The notes beneath the pieces are model-generated. The model saw only the letters and a program-made list of their open reading frames with translations, was not told the origin of the DNA and did not search any database. DNA of 64,000 nucleotides from positions 32,001-96,000 of the forward strand of contig CAWDRG010000018.1 of assembly GCA_963804645.1 (NCBI GenBank), given 5' to 3'. Shown piece by piece: positions 8,948 through 19,571 of the stretch; the stretch's first letter is position 1; every line of letters starts with the position of its first letter. Made by a program: the position numbers and the translations under genes. The DNA comes from an uncultured Bacillota bacterium. GTDB lineage: Bacteria > Sysuimicrobiota > Sysuimicrobiia > Sysuimicrobiales > Segetimicrobiaceae.

Positions 8948-11900
8948 TCAGTGGAAATCGCGGCTGCGGAGGGTCGTGGGGCCGCGGCGCACGCGGGGCG
9001 TCCACAGCGTCTTGGCGATGATATGGACGACATCGTCCTGCCGCTGGATCGTGCCGGAGACGCCGAGGAACACCGCGGTTTTGGCCAGGGTGACAAATTG
9101 TTCGAACACACGCTCCCAGACGACGAGGTTCACAAAGCCCGTCTCGTCCTCGAGCGTCATAAACGTGACGCCCGACGCGGTGCCGGGCGTCTGCCGGCAG
9201 ATGACGAGCCCCGCGTACCGGACGCGCCGGTTGTTCGGGAGTGTGCCCACGGTGCGCGCGTCGGGCAGCCCGGCGGCCCGGAGTTCTTCCCGCAGGGATT
9301 CCAGCGGATGGCCGCGGGGGCTGTGGCCGGTGGCGCGGTAGTCCCAGGAGATCTCTTCGCCGGGGGTCAGGGGATCGAGCGCGGGGGTGGGCTCTTGGAT
9401 GGCCAGGGAGAGCCGGATGTCCCGCCGGCGTGAGAGGCCGTGGACCTGCCAGAGCGCCGTCCGTCGATCGGCGGCGAACCCGTCGAACGCCCCCGCCTCC
9501 GCGAGCGCAGCAACCGCGCTCCGGTCGAGCCCGGCCCGCCGCACGCAGTCGTCGAGCGACGCGAATGGAACGGCCGTCCGCGCACGGGTGAGGCGCTCGC
9601 CGTCGCCCTCGCCGAGCCCATGGACGTACCGCAGTCCCATGCGCACGGCGAACTCCCCGGCGCGGTCCGCGCGCGGCTCGAGCGTGCAGTCCCACGCACT
9701 GTGCCGGATATCCACGGGCCGGATCGTGACGTCGTGGCGTTTGGCGTCTTCGATGATCGTCGCGGGGCTGTAGAAGCCCATGGGCTGGGCGTTGAGGAGC
9801 GCGCAGGTGAACTCGGCGGGGAAATGGCACTTGAGGTACGCGGTCGCGTAGGCGATGAGGGCAAAGCTGGCCGCGTGCGAGTTGTGCACGACGAGATCGT
9901 TGGCGAGGAAATTGTGGTCGCCCTCCACCTGCAGATCGTACGTGTCCTGGAGGCCTCGCGGCTCGATCGCCGTGACGCGATCCCAGGACACATCGGACGC
10001 GGCCCACGCGCGACACTCCGGAGCCGCCCCCACGCAGTCGCCCGCCCGCAGCGCGCCGAGCGGACGCCAGCCGTCCGGAGTCAGCACGGGATGTTCGGCC
10101 GTCGCCGTGACCGATCGGCCGTGCGCCGTGCGCAGGTGGAAGACCGGGCGGCGTCCGCTCGAGGTGGCGCGGAGCACCCGGCGCACGCGCAGACGCAGGT
10201 CCGCACCGCAGGCCCAGGTGCACCGAAGACGGGCCCGCCCCTGCGCGACGTCCCCGATCGCGATCCGGCTCCCGGTGGCGGCATCGATGACGCGGGTCTC
10301 GGCGGTCACACACTGCGGGAAGCCGTAGTCCCCAAACCCGCGAATTTGATTGAACACCCGCTCGGCGAACTCGGGCGCGATGCCCTTCGCCTGCATGCGC
10401 GACATCAAGAGATCGCGGTGCCGCTCGATGCGGCCCGATCGCCGCCACGCCGCCATGTCCCGCCGCAGCTGATCCGCCTCGCCCGGCGTATAATCGGCGG
10501 CGACGACGGCGAGGCGCATCACCTGTTCCTGAAACAGCGGCACCCCGAGGGTGCTTTCAAGGACGGGAATGAGGGACGGGTGGGGATACTCCACCGGCTC
10601 CTCGCCGTTTCGCCGGCGCAGATAGGGATGCACCATCCCCCCGGTGATCGGCCCCGGGCGGACGATGCTGATCTCGACGACGAGATCGTAGAAATGGCGG
10701 GGGCGCAGACGGGGGAGCATCGCCATCTGCGCGCGGCTTTCGATCTGAAACACCCCGACCGTGTCGGCGCGGCTGGCCATCGCAAACGTCGCCGCGTCAT
10801 CGGAGGGCAGCGTCGCCAAGGACGCCGCGAGGCCCCGGTGCTCCCGCAGGAGCCGAAACGACAGGTCGAGCAGGGTCAGCGCGCCCAGCCCGAGCAGGTC
10901 GACTTTGAACAGCCCGAGGTCCTCGAGATCCTCCTTGTCCCATTGGATGACGGTCCGGCCGTCCATCGTGGCGTTCTCGATCGGGACGATCTCATCCACG
11001 GGAGAATCGCCCAGCAGAAACCCGCCCGGGTGGATCGAGAGGTGGCGGGGAAATCCCAGGATCTCGCGGCTCACCCGGCGCAGATGCTGGTGCGCCGGCA
11101 CCTCGGGGTCCAGTCCGGCCTGCCGCAGCGCCTCGGACGGGATGTCGCCGCCGTAGTCGAGGAGCCGGGCCAGACGGTCGAGGGATGTTTCCGGAATCCC
11201 GAGGACTTTCCCGACGTCCCGCACGGCCGACCGGGGGCGGTAGCGGATCACGTTCGCGACCATCGCCGCGTGCGCGCGCCCGTACCGGTCGTAGACGAAC
11301 TGGATCACCTCCTCGCGGCGGTTGTGCTGGATGTCCAGGTCCACGTCGGGCGGCTCGGCGCGTTCCCGCGAGAGGAAGCGCTCGAACAGGAGGGAGATTT
11401 TCGTGGGGTCGACGGCGGTGATCCCAAGACAGTAGCAGACCGCGGAGTTCGCGGCGGACCCTCGGCCCTGGCAGAGGATGCCTTCCCGGCGGCAGAACTG
11501 CACGATCTCCCACATCGTCAGGAAATAGCCGCCGTAATCCAACTCGTCGATCAACGCCAGTTCCTTGTCGAGCTGCCGCCTGACGTCGGAGGGGACCGCG
11601 CCCTGGTACCGCTCCTCGGCGCCCTCGGCGACCAGCCGGCGGAGCCAGGCGTGGGGGCTCGTGCCCTCGGGGACCCGTTCCTCCGGATAGCGGTACCGCA
11701 GGGTGCCGAGCGAAAACGTGCACCGCGCGGCCACCTCCTCGGTGCGGGCCACGGCAGCCGGGTCGTCGCTGAACAGGGCCTCGAACGCGTACGGCGCCAG
11801 CAGGGCGTGTTCGGCGTTCGGCTTGATCGTCCGCCCCGCGCCGGCGAGCTGGATTCCCTGGCGCAGACAGGCGAGCACGTCCTGGACCGGCCGCCGCGCC

Positions 11901-12469
11901 GGCGTATGATAGAGCACCTCGACCGCGGCGACGAGGGGGAGGGCGTAGCGGGCGGCGCGATCGCGCACCCGTGCCTCCTGCCGGGTCTCGGCGGCTCGCC
12001 GGTGGCGCGCGACGAGCGCGTAGATCGCATCGCCGAACGCGTCCCGCAGGCGCCCGGCGGTCTCGTCCGGCGCCGCCTCGCCGGCCAGCAGGCTGCGGTC
12101 TCCGCCCCACAGCGCGAGGAGGCCGCGCGCGTGCGCGCAGAGTTCGTCCCAGTCGACGGCGCACTCGCCTTTGGGCGACCGCCGCCGCCCCACCGTCAGG
12201 AGCCGGCAGAGGTTCGCGTAGCCGTCGCGGTCCCGTGAGAGGAGGACGAGTGCGGAGCCGCCCGTGATCGTGACCTGCGCGCCGACGATCAGGCGGCACC
12301 CCAGGTCGCGCGCCGCCACGTGGGCGCGCACCATGCCGTGCACGCCGTCGCGGTCCGTGAGCGCGATAGCCTCCAGGCCGTGGCGGTGGGCTTCGCCCAC
12401 CAACTCCTCGGGCTGCGAGGCGCCTTCCAAGAACGAGAACGCGCTTTTGCACCACAGCGGCGCGTACAT
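8948..12469 (-). CDS. dnaE2: Error-prone DNA polymerase III alpha (DnaE2/ImuC) containing an intein
   Basis: PHP start ([11 protein letters not shown]), [35 protein letters not shown]-terminal SRDFH; downstream of imuA-imuB. Confidence 0.95.
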   Translation of the reverse strand: MYAPLWCKSAFSFLEGASQPEELVGEAHRHGLEAIALTDRDGVHGMVRAHVAARDLGCRLIVGAQVTITGGSALVLLSRDRDGYANLCRLLTVGRRRSPKGECAVDWDELCAHARGLLALWGGDRSLLAGEAAPDETAGRLRDAFGDAIYALVARHRRAAETRQEARVRDRAARYALPLVAAVEVLYHTPARRPVQDVLACLRQGIQLAGAGRTIKPNAEHALLAPYAFEALFSDDPAAVARTEEVAARCTFSLGTLRYRYPEERVPEGTSPHAWLRRLVAEGAEERYQGAVPSDVRRQLDKELALIDELDYGGYFLTMWEIVQFCRREGILCQGRGSAANSAVCYCLGITAVDPTKISLLFERFLSRERAEPPDVDLDIQHNRREEVIQFVYDRYGRAHAAMVANVIRYRPRSAVRDVGKVLGIPETSLDRLARLLDYGGDIPSEALRQAGLDPEVPAHQHLRRVSREILGFPRHLSIHPGGFLLGDSPVDEIVPIENATMDGRTVIQWDKEDLEDLGLFKVDLLGLGALTLLDLSFRLLREHRGLAASLATLPSDDAATFAMASRADTVGVFQIESRAQMAMLPRLRPRHFYDLVVEISIVRPGPITGGMVHPYLRRRNGEEPVEYPHPSLIPVLESTLGVPLFQEQVMRLAVVAADYTPGEADQLRRDMAAWRRSGRIERHRDLLMSRMQAKGIAPEFAERVFNQIRGFGDYGFPQCVTAETRVIDAATGSRIAIGDVAQGRARLRCTWACGADLRLRVRRVLRATSSGRRPVFHLRTAHGRSVTATAEHPVLTPDGWRPLGALRAGDCVGAAPECRAWAASDVSWDRVTAIEPRGLQDTYDLQVEGDHNFLANDLVVHNSHAASFALIAYATAYLKCHFPAEFTCALLNAQPMGFYSPATIIEDAKRHDVTIRPVDIRHSAWDCTLEPRADRAGEFAVRMGLRYVHGLGEGDGERLTRARTAVPFASLDDCVRRAGLDRSAVAALAEAGAFDGFAADRRTALWQVHGLSRRRDIRLSLAIQEPTPALDPLTPGEEISWDYRATGHSPRGHPLESLREELRAAGLPDARTVGTLPNNRRVRYAGLVICRQTPGTASGVTFMTLEDETGFVNLVVWERVFEQFVTLAKTAVFLGVSGTIQRQDDVVHIIAKTLWTPRVRRGPTTLRSRDFH
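9881..10312 (-). mobile_element. Mini-intein (144 aa, no homing endonuclease) in DnaE2
   Basis: [12 protein letters not shown]...TATAEHP (block B TxxH)...[27 protein letters not shown]; interrupts the conserved GFP(E)SHA motif. Confidence 0.95.
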
Positions 12470-12473
12470 CGCC

Positions 12474-13970
12474 TTACTCCACCTGCCCGTGGAGAAACCA
12501 GCGGCGTCGGCGGCGGTCGTGGTAGATCCACAGCACATGCCCGCGCCGGGTCCGGGCGAAGTGGTAGGCGCGGTCCGCTTCGCGCACCCACCAGCCGCCG
12601 GAGACGATGTAGGGGCCGAGCAGTTCGTCCACCGATCCGTACGCGGTGCCGAGGAGCAGCCATCCGTCGTGGCGCGGGTCGGTCGGGGCGGTCCCGATCG
12701 GCTGCGGCCGCTGGAACAGGCGGCGGACGAGCGTGCGCCGCGGGACGGAGACCGGGCGGGGGACGGCGAGCGCGGTGATCGGCTCCCACGCGATCCTGGC
12801 CTCGGGGAGATGTCCGTCCCGCACCCGGACGCGCACCACCGCGTGGTCGCCCAGTTCGGCCCGAAGGCGTGCCAGGGCGCGGTTGCCGGCGGCGAGATCG
12901 CGCGGGTGGACGTTCAAGAATCGGAGCTGCTCATGGGAGGCGGGGACGCGTTCCGCGGTGAGGACGATGTCGGTGATCCCGCCCTCCGCCGTTCGGGCCC
13001 CGGCGCCCGACGCTTCCAGGCGCAGCCGGATCAGGTCCAGGACCTGGACCGGGTCGAGGGTCGGGGCGGCCGGGCGGATCCGTTCCACGTGCCACTCCTG
13101 CCGGTCGAGCTTGATCCGCATCGTGAGCCCCGCGAGCGCTTCTCCCCGGGCCGCGAGGGCGGCCAGCATCGGGTCGAGCCGCTGCTTCAGCAGGAAGAGG
13201 CATCGGATGAGGTCGGATTCCGGGGCGTCGAGCACCAGCTGTTCGCGAAGCGGCTCGAGGTCGGCGGCCGGACGGAGCGGGGCCCGCTCTTGTCCGCTTG
13301 CCGCACGGTGCAGACGGTACGATTCGATGCCGAACCGCTCGAGCAGCCCGCTCTCCGGCAGCTGCACCAGGCCGCGCACGGTCGTCACGCCGAGCTTCTC
13401 GAGCGTGTCCCGGACCTCGGGGTCGATCGCGAGACGGACGAGCGGCACGTCCAGCGCCGCGGCCCGCTCCTCGCGGGGATCGTGAAAGATCCGCACCCCG
13501 GAGGAGACCTGCGCGACGGCGTAGGTGCCGAAGCGCGTGAATCCGATCACCGCGTCGGCGTGAAAGCCCGCGTCTCGGAAATCTCCAAGGACCGCCTCGG
13601 CCCACCGGGTGAGCGAAGGATGCAGCCGGGCAAGCCCGGCGAGGCCGGCCCAGAAGACCCCGGGCTCATCCCCCGGCTCCACGTCGGGGGTAAACCGATG
13701 GAGCCGGACGGTGAGCGATTCTCGTGCCTCAAGGGTCTCCGATGGAGCGACCGCCCCCGCTCTGAGGCCGGGGGCCAGCGCCAGCGCGGCGGCGTACCGC
13801 ATCCCGGGACGCACGCCGGCCCGGCGGGCCTGCTCGTTGACCCTGAGGACCGGACTTTGGGGACGGTCCTCCTCGACGACGGCGGCCGGCGCGCCGCGCC
13901 AGTCGGGATGCGACCGGAGGAGGAGTTGGAGCGGGAACGCCGGGACGCTAACGCAGGCCAGCGGGTCCAC
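12474..13970 (-). CDS. imuB: ImuB, catalytically inactive Y-family polymerase
   Basis: [41 protein letters not shown]; lies between imuA and dnaE2. Confidence 0.9.
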   Translation of the reverse strand: MDPLACVSVPAFPLQLLLRSHPDWRGAPAAVVEEDRPQSPVLRVNEQARRAGVRPGMRYAAALALAPGLRAGAVAPSETLEARESLTVRLHRFTPDVEPGDEPGVFWAGLAGLARLHPSLTRWAEAVLGDFRDAGFHADAVIGFTRFGTYAVAQVSSGVRIFHDPREERAAALDVPLVRLAIDPEVRDTLEKLGVTTVRGLVQLPESGLLERFGIESYRLHRAASGQERAPLRPAADLEPLREQLVLDAPESDLIRCLFLLKQRLDPMLAALAARGEALAGLTMRIKLDRQEWHVERIRPAAPTLDPVQVLDLIRLRLEASGAGARTAEGGITDIVLTAERVPASHEQLRFLNVHPRDLAAGNRALARLRAELGDHAVVRVRVRDGHLPEARIAWEPITALAVPRPVSVPRRTLVRRLFQRPQPIGTAPTDPRHDGWLLLGTAYGSVDELLGPYIVSGGWWVREADRAYHFARTRRGHVLWIYHDRRRRRWFLHGQVE

Positions 13971-14607
13971 GGCACAGTTCCTCAAACGTCCAGGGGCCCC
14001 GGCGTTTGTCCTTGACGACGGACAGCGAGCACCTGAATGTATCCGGCGCCACGCGCTCGCGCCGTGTGCTGCCGCGCAGTGCGATCAATGAGCCGAGCGA
14101 CGGAGCGTCCTCGTCTTTCTGCGTCACGAAGACGATCGCCGTGTGATGCTGCTGCGCCAGTCCCGCGAGGCGCGCGAGCGCGGCCAGCGGCAGCGCGGCG
14201 GAGTCGTGCAGGTCCAGGACCAGCAGGCCGAAGGCCCCCGATCGCGCGAGCCGGTCGGCACTTCGCGCCGCGGCGATCGTATCGGGGACCCGGATGACCA
14301 CGAGCGTCTCGAGGTCCACGCCGCTTTCGGCCACGTCCACGGGGTAGAAGATCCGGTCGGCGGGGGTGATCCACGCGGCGATCTCACCGCGCTGTTGGGC
14401 ATCCAGAATGAGCCGCGTCGCCATCGTCAAACCGGCGGTGTCTCCCAGGCCGGAAAACTCGCTCAACTGGCTCTTGAGTGCGGCAAGCGTCAGCGTGCCG
14501 GGGGAACGGGGTTCGGTGAGATGCGGGAACGATGACAGGTATTTCAGCAGTTCTCGCTCGGGGGCCGGCATAGGGATATCCGTTGTGAGACCTGACCCTC
14601 TTGGCAC
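13948..14607 (-). CDS. imuA: ImuA/RecA-like protein with degenerate Walker A
   Basis: LSEFSG..TAGLT, AESGVDLETL, ARSGAFGLLVLD, SLGSL; first gene of the cassette. Confidence 0.85.
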   Translation of the reverse strand: MPRGSGLTTDIPMPAPERELLKYLSSFPHLTEPRSPGTLTLAALKSQLSEFSGLGDTAGLTMATRLILDAQQRGEIAAWITPADRIFYPVDVAESGVDLETLVVIRVPDTIAAARSADRLARSGAFGLLVLDLHDSAALPLAALARLAGLAQQHHTAIVFVTQKDEDAPSLGSLIALRGSTRRERVAPDTFRCSLSVVKDKRRGPWTFEELCRGPAGLR

Positions 14608-14656
14608 GGCGTTGAGTCTCGGTGAGGGAGGCCCGAATCTAGTCCAGTATGTATAT

Positions 14657-14670
14657 CGTACATATGTTCG
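14657..14670 (-). promoter_or_regulatory. LexA (SOS) box overlapping a putative imuA promoter
   Basis: CGAAC-ATAT-GTACG, one mismatch to GAAC-N4-GTTC, inside TTGCAT-N18-TACGAT. Confidence 0.75.
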
Positions 14671-14823
14671 GTATTGTTATGCAAGAGGGATTTTTGGGAT
14701 TTCTTAGCCTAATGCAGGCCTGTCGGATCACCAGACCCTATTCGAGCCCATGCGGCTCTCGATCCATGAGCCTCTCATGGGGATTAACTATTACGGAGCG
14801 GACGTACATCGTCGACGCGATCC

Positions 14824-16110
14824 ATGCTTGATTCCTTCGACGCGCGAACCCTCGCCGGGTTCGTGGTATTTCTTTCGGTCATCGCGCTCGTGGTTGCGAG
14901 GCCGCGGGGCCTCAACGAGGCCTGGCCCGCGGCCGCCGGGGCCGCGGCGCTGCTTGTCCTCGGCGTTCTGCGGCCGGTCGATCTGCTCATCGTGGGCCGG
15001 GAGACCGGCGGCGTCCTGCTGTTTCTGCTCGGGATGATGATCGTCTCGGGAGTCCTGGACCTCGCGGGAGTGTTCGCCTGGGCCGCGTCCTACGCCGTCC
15101 ACGCGAGCGGCACGAGCGGCCGGCGGCTGCTCGTCAACGTCTTTGTGCTCGGCGCCGTGGTCACGGGGCTGCTCTCGCTTGACGTCACCGTCGTCATCCT
15201 GACGCCGGTCGTCTACGCTGCGGTTACCGCACTCGAGATCGATCCGCTGCCGTACCTGTACGCGTGCGCCTTCGTCGCCAACACCGGGTCGCTCGTGTTT
15301 CCGATGAGCAATCTCACCAATCTGTTGGTCGTGGACCGTCTGCGTCTGCCGTTCTGGCCGTTTGCGTGGACGATGGCGATCCCCAACGCCGTCGCCGTGG
15401 CGGCGAACATCGCCCTGTTCCTGTGGCTGTTCCGTGACCGCCTTCAAAAGACGCTCGTCCCTCCGGCCGCGCTCGCCATCACCGGGGTCCACGACCCCTT
15501 CTTCCGCCGCTCCCTGGCTGTGCTCGGGCTCGTGCTGGCCGGGTTGTTCCTGTCCGGCTTGGGCGCGCGCCCGCTCTGGCCGGTCGCCCTCGCGGGGGCG
15601 CTCGTGCTCCTGTGCGCGGCCCGCGCGGCGGGGGTGCCCGTGGCCGGCGCCGTGATGCGCGAAGTGCCCTGGTCCCTGTTTCCGTTCGTGTGGGGGATGG
15701 CCGCGATCGTCCGCGGCGTCGAGCACGCCGGGCTCACGACCGAGCTGGCCCGGTTCGTGCTCGGCCACTCCGGCGGGTCTGTCGGGGATCTCGTCGCGGC
15801 CGGCGGGATCAGCGCGCTCGGCGCGAATCTGTTCAACAACATTCCGATGACGCTGGTGATGTTGGGCGTGCTCGCCGGCGGCGCCCGCCCGGAGCTCGGC
15901 GGGCTCGTGGCGGCGACGCTGATCGGCGTCAACATCGGCCCGGCGCTCATCCCCGTCGGCTCGCTCGCCACCATCCTGTGGCTTGCGATCGTGCGCCGGC
16001 GCGGCATCGACGTCCCCGTGCTGCAGTATCTGCGCATCAGCGCGGTCACGGTGCCGCTGGTTCTCGCGGCGGCGCTCGCCGCGCTGGTCCTCGAGCGGCT
16101 TGTGCGGTAG
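14824..16110 (+). CDS. ArsB/NhaD family ion transporter
   Basis: SLDVTVVILTP, ANTGSLVFPMSNLTN, NNIP, GVNIGP..GSLATILW. Confidence 0.85.
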   Translation: MLDSFDARTLAGFVVFLSVIALVVARPRGLNEAWPAAAGAAALLVLGVLRPVDLLIVGRETGGVLLFLLGMMIVSGVLDLAGVFAWAASYAVHASGTSGRRLLVNVFVLGAVVTGLLSLDVTVVILTPVVYAAVTALEIDPLPYLYACAFVANTGSLVFPMSNLTNLLVVDRLRLPFWPFAWTMAIPNAVAVAANIALFLWLFRDRLQKTLVPPAALAITGVHDPFFRRSLAVLGLVLAGLFLSGLGARPLWPVALAGALVLLCAARAAGVPVAGAVMREVPWSLFPFVWGMAAIVRGVEHAGLTTELARFVLGHSGGSVGDLVAAGGISALGANLFNNIPMTLVMLGVLAGGARPELGGLVAATLIGVNIGPALIPVGSLATILWLAIVRRRGIDVPVLQYLRISAVTVPLVLAAALAALVLERLVR

Positions 16111-16137
16111 GGCGACGGTCCGCGGATCCGCGCAGGC

Positions 16138-16281
16138 CGCGGTCAGGGGGAGCGGATCGAGCGGCTGTCCGTCCCGCCGTAGTTCGAAGAACAGGTGTGG
16201 CCCGGTGCTCCATCCGGTGCTGCCGACCCGGCCGATGATCTGGCCGCACCGCACGCGGTCTCCGACCCGGACATCGTACGA
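16138..16281 (-). repeat. Orphan diverged copy of the last ~46 codons of the HlyD-M23 gene (matches 17292-17437)
   Basis: Reads SYDVRVGDRVRCGQIIGRVGSTGWSTGPHLFFELRRDGQPLDPL versus SYDVRVGDRVRRGQVIGRVGSTGWSTGPHLFFELRQDGQPLDPLEP. Confidence 0.92.
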
Positions 16282-16424
16282 TGTCTGGACGAAGATGCGG
16301 TGGAGGAGTTGCTAGACAGGACGATTGGTAAGCGACGGGTCTATCTGCTGGTAAGACGGTTTCGACGGGGACGTGCGTGACTCTCGAATTACGTGACTCT
16401 ACCTTCAGCGAGCGGCTTCGACCA

Positions 16425-16850
16425 TCATGCAGGCAGGATGCGAAATCCGAGCTCTCTTGCGGCACCGCGGAGACGGTCATCCAGGCTGAGAAATTCTAGA
16501 CCTCGGATGGCTCGGCGTCCGGCCAGCGCGCTCGCGAGGTGGAGGGCGTCGAGCGTTCGGATCGGTTCCCGCGGGAGTGGACGGCGTGCACGTTCGAGCA
16601 CTTCGTCGCCGAGCCGGAGCAGGGTCCATTGGCTGGCGGCCTCATTCAGTGCTGCACGACACTGGGCGGCATCACCTTCTTCGAGCGCGTTGAGGACAGT
16701 CGACCGAATTAGGACGCGGTCGCACTCGACCAGGGTCAGCTCGGATGTGACTACGATGTCGGCACCGGCAATGGCGTCCCTCACAGAACCGCCCTCGGGT
16801 TCACCCAGGAGCCACGAGAGCACCGCGCTTGACTCCGCGTACACGCTCAC
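16425..16850 (-). CDS. vapC: VapC/PIN-domain toxin
   Basis: YAESSAV, SELTLVE, RTLDALHLASA, SLDDRL; overlaps the antitoxin stop. Confidence 0.88.
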   Translation of the reverse strand: MSVYAESSAVLSWLLGEPEGGSVRDAIAGADIVVTSELTLVECDRVLIRSTVLNALEEGDAAQCRAALNEAASQWTLLRLGDEVLERARRPLPREPIRTLDALHLASALAGRRAIRGLEFLSLDDRLRGAARELGFRILPA

Positions 16851-17140
16851 CGAGCGCCTCGTTCCTGGTCGAGTAGCTCCCGGGAGGTGATCCCTCTGAG
16901 ACGGTGTGGCATGATCGGATAGCGAGTCGCGTCGTTCTGACCGCCTGCGGACGCGAGCCCCCGCCTCACGAGATCTCCGAGCCCCGGTGGGAGGTTGCTG
17001 AGTCCGCTCAGGTCACCAGGCGGACCAACCTGCGCCACAACTTTCCCTCGATCTGTAACCAATACCGTCTCTCCCTGCCGCACGCGACGGAGGTACTCGC
17101 TGAGCCGGTTCTTCAACTCGCGGACCCCAACGACAATCAT
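16847..17140 (-). CDS. Phd/YefM family antitoxin
   Basis: VGVRELKNRLSEYLRRVRQGETVLVTDRGKVVA. Confidence 0.9.
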   Translation of the reverse strand: MIVVGVRELKNRLSEYLRRVRQGETVLVTDRGKVVAQVGPPGDLSGLSNLPPGLGDLVRRGLASAGGQNDATRYPIMPHRLRGITSRELLDQERGAR

Positions 17141-17147
17141 GGGCAAA

Positions 17148-17169
17148 ATTGTAGCATCATGTGGCTACA
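17148..17169 (-). promoter_or_regulatory. TA promoter: extended -10 with overlapping palindromic operator, probably leaderless
   Basis: TGTAGC-N8-GCTACA inverted repeat; TGcTACAAT lies 7 nt before the ATG; no SD. Confidence 0.65.
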
Positions 17170-17296
17170 TTTTTCAAGCATCAGAATTTGCACAGAAACT
17201 GCCACTGCCGTCGGGTTCACCGCTGGCGGGGCATCGACGTCTCATGTCTCTGCGCATCACCGCGGTCGCGGGTTCACTGGCCCGTTGGCGTCGCGG

Positions 17297-19411
17297 TCAG
17301 GGCTCAAGCGGATCCAGCGGCTGCCCATCCTGCCGCAGTTCGAAGAACAGGTGCGGACCCGTACTCCATCCGGTGCTGCCGACCCGGCCGATGACCTGGC
17401 CGCGCCGCACACGGTCTCCGACGCGGACGTCGTACGACGAGAGATGCGAGTAGGTGGTCGACACGCCGTTGCCATGGTTGAGGACGATGAGCTTTCCGTT
17501 CGCGGGCATCTCGCCGGTGAAGATCACCGTGCCGTCGTCCGCGGCCTCGACGGGCGCTCCCCACGACGCCGCGATATCGATCCCAGTGTGAAACTCCGGC
17601 GTGTGAAAGATGGGATGAACGCGCCACCCGTACCCGGAACTGACGGTCCCCTCGACCGGCCACGCGAGGCCGTCGTTCGGGAAGGAGGGGATCGCGCCGC
17701 CGTGCGGCCCCGGCGCCGCGCCGACGGCGATGGCGCGAATCTCTTCCGACTCGGCGTTGAGTTGGGCGAGTACCTCGCGCTCCTGCTCGACGATCCGCGC
17801 GCGCTGCGGATCGTCGGACTCAATCCGGACCGGCGCGGCGGCCTCGATCAACGGCGACCGGGACGGCGTGGGTCCTGCGTCCGGGCCGCTCGACATCGCG
17901 GACGACGGGGTCCCCCGCGTCTCGATCGCGACCGCGGCCGGCAGTCCACCCGGGAGCTGACCGCGCCCCGCGTTCTGGTCGAGGCCGATCTGGACCTCTA
18001 CGGTCCGGTCCGTGCGTCCCGGGCCCGCGCCGACGCGCAGTACCCGGCCGAGCCAGACGTGTCCCGCATACCCGTCCACCGTCACCAGTGCCGCGCTGCC
18101 GACGCGGATCTTCGGAGCCGCCGCCGGGGGCACGTCCGCCGCCACCCAGGTCCGTCCCTGGATCGACAGGGCCATCAGGGTCTGGCCGCGGTGCACCGCT
18201 TCGCCTGCGGCGGCGGTGCTGCCCGTCACCCACCCGTCCACCGGGGCTCGGATGACGGTCTCGCCGAGGGCGACCTTGGCGGCTTCCAACGCGCGGTCGG
18301 CATCCACGGCCGCGAGCTGGGCGGCGGCCAGCGCCTGGGCGCGGAGCTGCGCGTCGGCGATCGTCGCCTCCGCTTGGCGCGTCAGCCGATCCTCGGAGGC
18401 GGCCGCCGCGTGCACGACGGGCTGCGTCGACCGGGGCGTTGCGTGTGCGGCCGCGAGCTGCGCCTGCGCCACCCGCACGGCGGCGGTGGCCGCGTCGACG
18501 CGGGCCGACGCCGCGTCAGACGCCGCGGTGTCCGTGTCGACTTGATGCGCCGGAATCGCGCCGTCTGCGAGCAGGGTCCGATCCCGCGCGAGGCGCTGCG
18601 CCGCTGCGGCCTGGGCGGTTTCGGCCGTATCCAGCGCCGTCTGGGCCGCCGCGAGCGCGGCACTGGCCCGGGTCGCCGCGCGTCCATCCGGGGCGACGGG
18701 CGTCATCGTCGAGGACGGAGCGGCCGCCGCGGTCTGAGCGTCGCGCACCGCCGCGGCAGCGCCAGCCGCCTGCGCGCGGGCCGCATCCAGGGCCTGCGAG
18801 TCGGCGGCCATCTCCCGCGGCGAGATCAATCCCTCTGCCAGGAGTGCGCTGTCGCGATCGAGCGTCTGCTGCGCCGCCGCGACCTGCGCGTCGGCGATCC
18901 GCCGCACGCGGGTTTCCGCGGCGGCCGCCTGCCGCTCGGCCTCGACGAACGCGGGTGGGGCGGACGCTGCGGCGTGCGGTGTGTGCAGGGGCGTGACGCG
19001 CAGCGGCGCGGCGCGCAGCGTCGTCAGTGCCGCGCGCACCTGGCTGCTGGCGGCGCGTTCCTGTGCCGCCAGCGCGGTCAACGAATCGCGGACGCGGGCG
19101 CGCGCCGCGCGGCTCTGCGCCGCGGCGCGCGCCAGGGCGGACCGCTCGTGCGCGGTGCTCAACGCGATCAGCACGGTCCCCGCCGTGACGTACTGACGGT
19201 CGACGGCGCGGACGCTGACCACCGTGCCGGCGATCGGCGCGCGCACCGGGGCGAACACGCCGGCGGTGCGCCCGCGGTCGGCCACGATGAGCCCCTGGGA
19301 CGGCTGTCGCACCGTCCCCGTGCCCAGCAGCGCCGCGAGCAGCGCGACGCCGAGCAGCACCGCCGCGTACCGGGCCGCGCGCGGATGTGTGCACCACTGC
19401 CTCATGCGCAT
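17297..19411 (-). CDS. HlyD/EmrA-like membrane-fusion protein fused to a C-terminal M23/LytM domain
   Basis: N-terminal TM; lipoyl halves VRAPIAGTV..QYVTAG and IRAPVDGWV..GEAV; Ala-rich coiled coil; WVAADVP beta-barrel; WPVEG..SSGYGWRVHP..HTGIDI..YSHLS..GPHLFFE. Confidence 0.82.
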   Translation of the reverse strand: MRMRQWCTHPRAARYAAVLLGVALLAALLGTGTVRQPSQGLIVADRGRTAGVFAPVRAPIAGTVVSVRAVDRQYVTAGTVLIALSTAHERSALARAAAQSRAARARVRDSLTALAAQERAASSQVRAALTTLRAAPLRVTPLHTPHAAASAPPAFVEAERQAAAAETRVRRIADAQVAAAQQTLDRDSALLAEGLISPREMAADSQALDAARAQAAGAAAAVRDAQTAAAAPSSTMTPVAPDGRAATRASAALAAAQTALDTAETAQAAAAQRLARDRTLLADGAIPAHQVDTDTAASDAASARVDAATAAVRVAQAQLAAAHATPRSTQPVVHAAAASEDRLTRQAEATIADAQLRAQALAAAQLAAVDADRALEAAKVALGETVIRAPVDGWVTGSTAAAGEAVHRGQTLMALSIQGRTWVAADVPPAAAPKIRVGSAALVTVDGYAGHVWLGRVLRVGAGPGRTDRTVEVQIGLDQNAGRGQLPGGLPAAVAIETRGTPSSAMSSGPDAGPTPSRSPLIEAAAPVRIESDDPQRARIVEQEREVLAQLNAESEEIRAIAVGAAPGPHGGAIPSFPNDGLAWPVEGTVSSGYGWRVHPIFHTPEFHTGIDIAASWGAPVEAADDGTVIFTGEMPANGKLIVLNHGNGVSTTYSHLSSYDVRVGDRVRRGQVIGRVGSTGWSTGPHLFFELRQDGQPLDPLEP

Positions 19412-19571
19412 ACGGGATTGTTCTCCTGCTGCGGCGGCCGTCACGGCGGCCTGATGCCGGCCGGTGACGCCCATCCCCGTCGAAGAGCGCCGTCGCGGGG
19501 GATGACGCCCATCAATTCTAGCATTCCCGCGTCGCCCCGTGCCTCTCGCGGGGGGCGCCGAGGGCTCCGGT

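Noticed and set aside
9440..12238. Long antisense ORFs (also 16904..19615 + and the extension of 30885..34610 -)
   Set aside because: Stop-poor shadows of real genes in high-GC DNA, with no recognisable motifs.
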